Below, in pieces: positions 53,760-64,000 of a DNA stretch of 64,000 bases. Position 1 is the stretch's first letter; every line of letters begins with the position of its first letter. The notes under the pieces are model-generated. The model made no database searches. It had not been told where the DNA came from and saw nothing but the letters and a program-made list of their open reading frames with translations. A program made the translations under genes and the position numbers. Source of the stretch: Octopus vulgaris. Taxonomy: Eukaryota. The DNA is taken from NCBI GenBank assembly GCA_951406725.2, contig OX597830.1:43152001-43216000 (forward strand), given 5' to 3'.

Positions 53760-55020
53760 ATTGCCATCCAGAAATGTGCCAATATGATTAGGTCGATTTA
53801 TGCAACACCCAGTTGTACTATATTGGTTGACTGAGTTTTGGCATTAACATTCATTTCATGGGATGGATGTAGTAGAGTGTAGACACTGCAGTACATACAT
53901 ACATACATTCATAGAATAGTATGATTAGGATAGTTGATGAACTAGTGGAGAGGCATGAAATAAAAGCTGGTACAGATCTCTCCCCAAGTAGTATTGGTCA
54001 AATATATTTATCAGAACAACAAAAATAAAAAATGGACCAGTTCACTGAGAAGATAGTACATGGGTATTTGGCATGAGAAACACAAATGATAGAAGTGATC
54101 GATTATGTCAAAAGCTTGGCATAGAGTATCATTAAGTTTATTACATCCTACTCCGAAGGCTGCCTCCATGCATTACAAGAACAAGAGATCCTCACCAAGT
54201 ACCTACAGCATAAATGACAGAAAACATCGACAGACAACAAATGTAGGCCATGCATGGCCAAGGCTGAAGACATCAACCACATTATTGCCAACTGCAGGAG
54301 AATGTCTTCCAGATAATATTTTCCCTTGAGGCATAATGCGCTGACCTGAACGGTCTGGAACAGGATAACAGAAAAGAAAACACTGACAGACAAGGTTGAA
54401 TACATTGAGACTGATGAGTCAAAAGAATTTTGGTGGAACTTAAAAATTAAAACAGCCACCAAGTTAAAACACAACCAGTCAGATATTTAGAAAATTACTA
54501 TTTTTAAATTTCATAACGAGAGATATTCAGTAACAGTACTTTGTAGTAAAGATTGTTTGCCAACATGACATGGCAGTCTTGGTTTAGGACAAATGTTGCT
54601 GTAATCTCCTGGGGCTAAATTACAGCAATATTCATCCTAAACCAGGACTGCCATGTTATGTTGGCAAACAATCTTTACAGTCAGATATTGTTGTGTGGGA
54701 CCACAAGGAAAAGATATGTTCTGTTGTGGAAATCAGCTGGTCCCTGCACACCAATATGGTTAAAGCATACAAGGAAAAAAGGACATATTTGGACCATAGA
54801 GAAGGAATTTTCAAATGAAGAATGCAAGATACACATCCAGATTTATACCTATTATTATTATTGGAGCAACAGGGTACATACCAACCTGTCTGGAGCAAAA
54901 TATAGCTGAATTTGGGATCTTGGGGAGAGCATGCAAATCCTTAATTCATACACTGCAAATGATCACAATATCCTAGGACTATAAAAATGTGCAACATCTT
55001 AAGATTTAAAGGATGATGGT
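53760..55020 (+). mobile_element. Decayed restriction-like-endonuclease LINE (R4/Dong-like)
   Basis: Manual translation gives EDINHIIANC...RH (CCHC knuckle) and EFWWNLKIKTATKLKHNQSDI|VVWDHKEKICSVVEIS...EK (PD-(D/E)xK region). It is interrupted at QSDI by the 54488-54677 insertion. Outer boundaries are approximate. Confidence 0.65.
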
Positions 55021-55892
55021 TAAAAGATGCTTTCCTTTACAACAACCTTTCTACCAAGCAAACGATCAGTCAAAATTTACTTTAAATTAAAAGGTGAAAG
55101 AGAACCTACACACGCATGCACACACGCACACGCGCACACACACACACACACACATACAAACTTACATTTCACACATAAATATATACATGCATACATTGCA
55201 TACATTGCATTACACGGGTAAATACATTTGTAGATATTTGCTCATGCTGTCCTGGGTAAAGCTCCGAGCAGTGTCCCAATCAATCTCCACCTCCATGAGA
55301 TATTTTCTCATCCACTAATAAACATGTGGCACGTGGTTGACCAATATGAAGTGTCACCTAAGTTAGATCCTCAAAGAAGAGAACATGGCACACAGGATCC
55401 AGTTTGGAAAAATTGTGCTCATAACCAGTCTAAGCTGACACTCTTGGAGTATATGAGGATTAGGATGAATCTCAGTTGCAGAATTGATCAAGAGCGTCTC
55501 TGTCTCTCTGTCTCTGTCTGTCTCTCTGTCTCTCTCTCTCTCCCTGCCTCTCCCTCTCTCTAATTGTCTCTTCTGATATGGTTTCTATGGCTGGATGCCC
55601 TTCCTAACACCAACCACTTTACAGAGTGTGGACTGGGTGCTTTTTATGTGGTACCAGCATGAGTACTTCTCATGTGACACTAGCACAAGTACCTTTTATG
55701 TTATACCAATGTACACACACATATGCGTGTATATATATAGATTTCTTAACTACCCACAAGGGGCTAAACACAGAGGGGACAAACAAGGACAGACAAAGGG
55801 ATTAAGTCGATTACATCGACCCCAGTATGCAACTGGTACTTAATTTATCAACCCCGAAAGGATGAAAGGCAAAGTGTATATATATAGATGTA

Positions 55893-56049
55893 CTTTATTA
55901 AAAAGCAGCAAAAATCAAAAAAATGTTCTTCAGAGTTTCACATTTTTGCATGTCGGACAGTTTTGTTTAGAAACAAAACTGTCTGACGAAAGGGAACGCG
56001 AAACTTTGAATAACAGTTTTTGTGATATTTTTGCTGCTTTTTAATAAAG
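55893..56049. mobile_element. Fold-back element with a degenerate hammerhead (55975-56020, +)
   Basis: Palindromic arms TTTATTAAAAAGCAGCAAAAAT / ATTTTTGCTGCTTTTTAATAAA. Inside is AAAACTGT-CTGACGA-aagggaacgc-GAAAC-tttgaata-ACAGTTTT, with an 8-bp stem I. Confidence 0.55.
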
Positions 56050-56128
56050 CATATCACTCTACCTCTGGTATTCGAATACTATTTTTTCCACCTTGTTTAG
56101 CATTTATGTGCTTACTCTCATATATATA

Positions 56129-56233
<105 letters not shown>

Positions 56234-56823
56234 AATAAAATATATGCATATATATAAACATATATGTACGTACCTACCTCTACATGTACATATACACGCA
56301 TATATGTGTACAGGACACCAAAAAGACGTCGAACACATAGAGAGACGAAAAACATAGACACAAACCAAGGAACAAGACAGGCAAAAAAAAGGAGATACAG
56401 GACAATAAGCACAACGAAAAATCCCCTTCTTCAGTCGCTAAAGTTTCATCTACTAAACGTTTCGAAGGATAAAAGCGAGACGTATACTTCGAATGAAAAA
56501 TTCCTTCCTGCGAAAAGCAAATCAATTAAAATTCTGAGATCTTGTCGCAGAGGGGTAAAAAAAGCAAGACGGTAACGACAGTACAAACATATAAACAGTA
56601 AAAAATATATATATAAACAGTGGAAAAATAAATATATAACAGTGAGAGACAGGACAAGGAGAACAAGATAAGAAGGGCTGTTAACGCCAGACGAAAAAAG
56701 TATTGCAAACGCTGGATTATAGTGGACGACGAGAGAGGAAGATGTCGACCAGTGGCCTTAGAAGGCGGGCGAGAAAGGACGGGATAGCAGTTACGACGGA
56801 AGTACGTCGCAGATGGACGACGG

Positions 56824-56869
<46 letters not shown>

Positions 56870-56881
<12 letters not shown>

Positions 56882-57138
56882 TTAGAGACAAAATCACTAT
56901 TTTGCAAACCAAACAAAGAAAGACTTAATCCAATACATAAAAAAATTTAATATAAATTAAATAAAATTAAATTCGCCACTACAATTGTTTTGTGTCTCTT
57001 CTAAGGACATTCATCAGGTGGATTTCAGATCTTCTATTCAATTTTAAGTTATGAAGTCATAACTTTTTTATGTATTGGATTAGGTCTTTCTTTGTTTGAT
57101 TTGCAAAATAGTGGTTTTGTCTCTAATTAATATTATAT
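56870..57138. mobile_element. Inverted-repeat element enclosing a hammerhead with one core mutation (56976-57021, -)
   Basis: About 75-bp inverted arms enclose CCAC-CTGATGA-aTGTC...GACAc-AAA-ACAATTGT-A-GTGG. G12 reads A, consistent with CpG decay. Stem III ACAATTGT is palindromic. Confidence 0.55.
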
Positions 57139-57219
57139 AATATTTTACTATAAAATTAGATTCAATCCTAAATCTGATTTTTCCCTGTAAATTTGGATTT
57201 ATTCCCTAATATTTATTAT

Positions 57220-57265
<46 letters not shown>

Positions 57266-57478
57266 TCGTCATCATCATCATCATTTAGCGTCCGTTTTCC
57301 ATGCTAGCATGGGTTGGAAGTTTCAACTGGGGTCTGTGAAGCCAGAAGGCTTCATCAGGCCCAGTCAGATCTGGCAGTGCTTCTACGGCTGGATGCCCTT
57401 CCTAACGCCAACCACTCCGTGAGTGTAGTGGGTGCTTTTTACGTGCCACCCGCACAGGTGCCAGACAGAGCTGGCAAA

Positions 57479-57822
<344 letters not shown>

Positions 57823-58116
57823 AGAAAGAAATAGATAGGAATAAAGTTTGATAAAGAGAGAGAGAGAAAGAATGTGAGAGAGAGAATGAGAGGAAGAAGA
57901 AAGACATGTGTCTGTGAATGCAGGAAGAATGTTGGTGGTGGAATTCTTGCTTTAATGCCGTTAACAATATTAGCATTGAAAGAAATAAAGATTCAATGAA
58001 AGGTACTTTTATGATTGATGAGAAAGAAGAATACCAAATATGCTGTGTCAATTATGTCTGGAACATTCCATTGCAGAACTCTGGCTAAATTTAATTCTCT
58101 TTTCACCAGTCTTGTT

Positions 58117-58172
<56 letters not shown>

Positions 58173-58600
58173 CGCGTCTGTGAGTATGTTTCCAATTGCA
58201 TATGTTTGCATATTTGGGCATGGATGAGAGCCTCCAAATGATTCCTTTGGTTAGGGTTATGGGTGTGTTTATGCATGTGTGTATGGGAACACATGGCTTA
58301 GTGGTTAGGGTATTCAGCTCATGATCATAAGGTCACAAGTTCAATCCCCAGCAGCATGTTTCATATTGCTTCAGTCCACTTAGCTGGCAAAAATGAGTTG
58401 TACCAGTAATTCAACTGAATCTTCCTGAGAACTATGTTAAGGTCTCTGGAGTACTCAGCCACATGCATGTTAATTTCACAAGCAAGCTGTTAAGTTGATC
58501 AGTTCAACTGGAATCCTTATTGTTGTAACCAACAGAGTGCTGAATGCTGGTATGTGTGTGTGTGTGTCTGTCTGTGTGTGTGTGTCTGCATGTGTATGTT

Positions 58601-58675
<75 letters not shown>

Positions 58676-59399
58676 GTATATTTGACCCTTTGGCATTCAG
58701 ATTACTCTGTCAAATCTCATAGCTTTGAGAGTTCAATGATGCGATTGTTTAGTTCTAGAATGACATTGTAGGGTAGGTGTGAGATGCTGGATCTGGCCAG
58801 TTTGACTATAAAATAGGTATAATACAAGTATGCTAATGGGTTAAACACATATATATAGATGCACATCACTATCATCATTTTAACAACCACTTGTCCATGT
58901 TCACTGAGACAAATTTTTACAGCTGGATGCTCTTCCTGTCACAACCCTCATTGATAAGTTTTTCCAGAGTAATATTTCCTGGTGGCCAGACATGTTTCCA
59001 GAGAAGATTGAAAGCAAATGATACAACTTGTATAAGAGGGACAAGCATTTAGAATTATTGTGCAATGTCAAGACAAGAGGACATGAATACATGCTTGCAC
59101 ATGCACACATGTATACATATACATACATACATATAACTACACACAAACACACACACACATATAGGCACAGGTAGGGCTGTGTGGTAAGCAGATTACTTCC
59201 CAACCACATGGTTCATAGTTCAGTCCCACTGCCTGGCACCTTGGGCAAGTGTGTTCTATTATAGCTTTGGGCTGACCATAACCTTGTGAGTGGATTTGAT
59301 AGACAGAAACTGAAAGAAGCCCATCATCTACCTACCTACCTACTTACCTACCTACCTACCTACCTACCTACCTACCTACCTACCTACCTACCTACCTAC

Positions 59400-59471
<72 letters not shown>

Positions 59472-60340
59472 GCAAGCACATGTGTGTGTCTTTGTATCTG
59501 TGGTTGCCCCCCACCCCCCATCATCGCTTGACGACTGGTGTGTTTATGTCCCCATAACTTAGTGGTTCAGCAAAGAGACCGATAGAATAAATACCAGGCT
59601 TAACAAAACAATAAGTCCTGGGGCTGCTTCATTCGACTACAGATTCTTGAAGATGGTGCCCCAGCATGGCCACAGTCTAATGGCTAAAACAAGTAAAAGA
59701 TACATAAATATATATATCAGCCTCCTAACCCACTACACTTATGGAGTGGTTGGCATTAGGAAGAGCATCCAGCTGTAGAAACACTACCAGATCAGACTGG
59801 AGCCTGGTGCAGCCTCTGGCTTCCCAGACCCCAGTCGAACTGTCCAACTCATGCTAGCATGGAAAACGGATACTCAATGATGATGATGATGATAATGATG
59901 ATATCTGCAGACTTATGATGAAAAGCAATCCACATTTTAGATTATTTATCTAATGTGTTCCAAACTTTCTTCCAAGACAGCAAGGGTCTTTGAGGAAGTC
60001 TCAGCTGCTATTTCTGTTATTTCAGGTAAAGTCTCCCTCTTTGTAATAACTATAACAGTTTTAACTCTTACTGGGGGTGGAGTGGGGGGAGCGTTTAGGT
60101 TTCCCAATTCTGAAGTTTACTTAAGCATTATTAAGTGGATGAGAATTCTTGAGGTGATATTCCATGGCTGGGTACCATTTTGAATGCTAACCTTTCCAGG
60201 TTTTCAAATGAAGTACTTTACTCCACTGAATGACATGCATTGATCAGACTGTTGAGTTGTAGAACAGAGGTTTTATGGGGAATGGAAATTAATGCCACCA
60301 AGTGATGTCAATGGCAAAAAATGTGTGAAGACAAATGCAT

Positions 60341-60379
<39 letters not shown>

Positions 60380-61699
60380 CACACACATGCACGCACATGC
60401 ACACACACACATACACACACACAAACAAATACACACACATACATACACAAATATATACACACACATACCTTTATTTGTTTCGGACATTGGCCTGTGGCAA
60501 TGCTGGGGCACCACCTTGAAGGGTTTAACTAAACAAATCGACACCCAGGACTTATTTTTTAAGGTGTGGTACTTAGTGTATCAGTCTCTTTTGCCAAACT
60601 AATAAGTTATGGGAATGTAAACAAACCAAGACTTGTTGTCAAACAGTGACAGAGGTGGATAAATACACACAAACACACACACGCACACACACACACACAT
60701 GCACAAACAGCATAAAATAGTTTTTGTTTACCAAATGTCACTCACAATGCATTGGTCAATCGAAGGCTGAAGTAGAAGACATCACTCAAGGTGCCAAGCA
60801 GAAGAATTGAACCAGAAACCATGTGTTTGCAAAAATGAATTTCTTAACTACTCAACCATGCCATGCATCGTATACAAATGTCTCCCTTCTCTTAATTACA
60901 TTCATTTATAACACCTTCCCTATGAGCCAAAATAGGAATCCCCTACTACTGGGGAGGGGAACAATCAGGGCCAGTTTTAAGTACACAAGTACTTGTGCAA
61001 GTGCATCTGTACTGGGAAATATAATGGATGCTTAACTTTGCAAACACGTGATTCTGCAACTTGGAGTAAGTTTCTATTTTAGTCTTTTGGCATAAATTGG
61101 TTTTTCTTCCTCTGGCAGGTTTATCTCTTATCCCTTACCATTTATCTTTTAGCTTGTTTCGGTCATTAGACAGTGGCCATGCTGGGGCACCGCCTTGAAG
61201 AACTTTTTAGTTGGATGAATTGACCCCAGTATTAATTTTATTTGAAAGCCTGATATTTCTTATTCAATTGGTCTCTTTTGCTGAACTGCTAAGTTACAGG
61301 GATGTAAACACACCAACATGAGTTGTCAAGTAGTGGTGCGGACAAACACACACACACATGATGGGCTTCTTTCTGTTTCCATCAATCAAATCCACTCCCA
61401 AGGCTTTGGTCAACTTGAGACTATTATAGAAGACACTCACCGAAGGTGCCACACAGTGGGACGGAACCTGGCCCTGGACTAAATAGTTGTTCAACCAGTT
61501 AGAAATAGTAGCCAAATCTCCCGCAGATCAGACACAGGTGTGGAAATGAGTGCTACATCAGATAATGATAATATAATTCTAGAATCACTAAGATTGAAAA
61601 GTAGATGAGGTGGTCATGGCCAGAATGCTTTTGAACCAAAGGGTTTTGTTTTTTTACTTAGATCTTGAATTACAGCTAAATAGCAACAATTCCTTCCTT

Positions 61700-61731
<32 letters not shown>

Positions 61732-62557
61732 TTAATGTCCGTTTTCCATGCTGGCATGGGCTAGATGGTTTGGCTGAGGGCTGGCAAGCCAGAAGGCTGC
61801 ACCAGGCTCCAATCTGATCTGGCAAAGTTTCTACAGCTAGATGCCCTTCTTAATACCAACCAGTGGGTGCTTTTTACGTGCCGAGGGCCAGTCAGGCAGT
61901 ACTGGCATTGATCACACTCGAATGCTGCTTTTTATGTGCCGCAGACATGAGCTAGTCAGGCAACACTGACAATGATCATGCTCGAATGGTGTTTTTTACA
62001 TGCCTCCGGCACAAGAGCCAGTCAAGCTGTACTGGCAATGATGGCAGAATATGGGTATTGGCAGGGTGTAGTAGAGAGGAATTCAGCTAATATGTTATTC
62101 TGGAGTCTGGAGGAACACAAAGGGGCCATTGATTATTTGATGGACCCTTCCTCAAAAGGAACAAAAACCTCTACAGCTTCTTTGAATTCTGGGTTGAGTT
62201 CACCCTTTGTGGTTTAAAAGCAGCAGCAGCAGCAGCAGAAGCAGCAGCAGAAGCAGAAGAAGAAGAAGAAGAAGAAGAAGAAGAAGAAGAAGAAGAAGAA
62301 GAAGAAGAAGAAGCTACAAAGTTATCCCTTTTGCTTCTTTTATTTGTTTCAGTCATTTGACTGCTGCCATGCTGGAGCATTGCCTTTAGTCGAACAAATC
62401 ACCTCCAGGACTTATTCTTTATAAGCCTAGTACTTATTCTATCAGGGCTTTTGGCAAACCATTAAGTTATGGGGATATAAGTACACCAGCATCGGTTGTC
62501 GAGTGATGGTGGCAGGGGACAAGCACAAACACACACACAAATATATACATACGTACA

Positions 62558-62593
<36 letters not shown>

Positions 62594-62810
62594 GGCGACG
62601 AGCTGGCAGAAACGTTAGCACGCCGGGCGAAATGCTTAGCGGTATTTCATCTGCTGCTACGTTCTGAGTTCAAATTCCGCCGAGGTCCACTTTGCCTTTC
62701 ATCCCTTCGTGATCGATAAATTAAGTACCAGTTACGCACTGGGGTCGATATAATCGACTTCATCCATTTGTCTTCTCTATGTTTAGCCCCTTGTGGGTAG
62801 TATAGAAAAA
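62594..62810 (+). mobile_element. tRNA-derived SINE family 1 (other copies e.g. 9780-9985 +, 38420-38649 -, 45352-45565 -, 45590-45797 -, 53215-53425 -)
   Basis: Head GGCGACGAGCTGGCAGAAACGTTAGC...GAGTTCAAATTCC, then a conserved body GCCTTTCATCC.TTCG.G.TCGATAAATTAAGTACCAG. Many dispersed copies. Confidence 0.8.
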
Positions 62811-63685
62811 AAATATATATATATATACAATGGGCTTCTTTCAGTTTCCACCTACCAAATCTACTCACAGAGCTTTGGTTGGCCTGAAGATCACACAGTG
62901 GGACTGAACCCAGAACCATGTGATTGGTAAACAAGCTTCTTATCACACAGCCACGCTAAGTGAAAGTCACAATAATGCAGAAAATATTTTTTAAAGATTA
63001 TTTTCTTTTCTTCATATCTTTTATCTTTTACTTGTTTCACTCCTTAGACTGAGGCCATATATCAGACTGGAGCCTGGTGCAGACTCCTGGGTTCCCAGAC
63101 CCCAGTCAAATAGTCCGACCCATGCCAGCATGGAAAACGGACGTTAAACGATGATGATGTTGATGATGATGATATATATATATATATGTATATATATGTA
63201 TGTGTGTATTTGTGTCTGTGTTTGCCCCCGCCCCTCACTTGACAACTGATGTTGGTGTGTTTACGTCCCGGAAAGATAGCGGTTCAGCAAAAAGAGGCCA
63301 ATAGAATAAGTACTAGGCTTACAAAGAATAAGTCCTGGGGTTGATTTGTTCAACTAAAGTCGGTGCTCCAGCATGGACGCAGTCAGATGACTGAAAACAG
63401 TAAAAAAAATAAAGAATAAAAGTGCCAGTTAATGTCAAATTTTTTTCTACTTAAATTCTCCATTATTTCACAAAATTAACCAAAACGAATGCTGAGCATT
63501 TCACAGAAACATAACAACAGATTGGTTAACAAGCTAGTAAACTGGTGGTGCTTGTCTCCTCTCTTGGTGTGGCTGGTTTCTTGGTCAAAAGTCCTTCTTT
63601 CCACTGAGAGGTCTTATTTTTAATCTGGTTGAACAATCATTCTCCATCACAGACTCCCAGCTTCCTTTTCAACCAGTATGTAGAG

Positions 63686-63975
63686 CAGTGTTTTTCAATC
63701 AGGGTTCCATGGAGCCCTAGGGTTCTTCAAAGGTTCCTTGGGGCTCTTCAAGAAAGAGTCAGATAAGCTAATGCTAACTTCACAATCGTAACATTACTAG
63801 ACATGTTATTAGTTATTGTAATATTGTAATATAGACATAATCCTTACTACGTGAACTACGGTGAAAAAAATATGAGAAAGATATGGTATATAATTGGGTT
63901 TTTTATTTTTTTGTGCTGGGATTCCCTGAGGCATGTAATTTATTTTGAAGGTTACACAAGGGTTGAGAAACACTG
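63686..63975. mobile_element. hAT-type MITE
   Basis: TIRs CAGTGTTTTTCAA / TTGAGAAACACTG; perfect 8-bp TSD ATGTAGAG. Confidence 0.8.
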
Positions 63976-64000
63976 ATGTAGAGTTAGGAAATGAGAAAAG

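Noticed and set aside
59953-60183. ORF containing GGAFRFP, reminiscent of SLC6 TM1 (GNVWRFP)
   Set aside because: It is on the wrong strand relative to the gene and lacks the rest of the TM1 motif. The real TM1 exon was not found in the window.

Overview
This is AT-rich, microsatellite- and SINE-dense animal genomic DNA. The repeat landscape suggests a coleoid cephalopod such as Octopus (inference). One protein-coding gene is supported: a minus-strand SLC6 (NSS) Na+-dependent transporter of the nutrient amino-acid (SLC6A15/17/18/19/20, B0AT/XTRP3-like) type. Seven internal exons were traced by hand with matching GT-AG phases: 51284-50830, 41814-41704, 18299-18058, 13773-13623, 7394-7187, 7056-6849 and 1256-1097. 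The TM1 and TM11-12 exons were not found and presumably lie outside the window. There are two highlights. (1) The EL4/TM8 exon is tandemly duplicated as two 208-nt exons that can only be used in a mutually exclusive way. (2) The introns hold several unrelated families of small non-coding elements carrying hammerhead ribozyme (HHR) folds, of the Penelope/retrozyme type. These include a tRNA-headed, HHR-bearing fold-back element present in five copies and two greater-than-monomer direct-repeat units. The rest is tRNA-SINEs, RTE and R4/Dong LINE fragments, MITEs, a probable non-autonomous Helitron, palindromes and simple repeats. All calls come from manual reading; no searches or folding programs were run.
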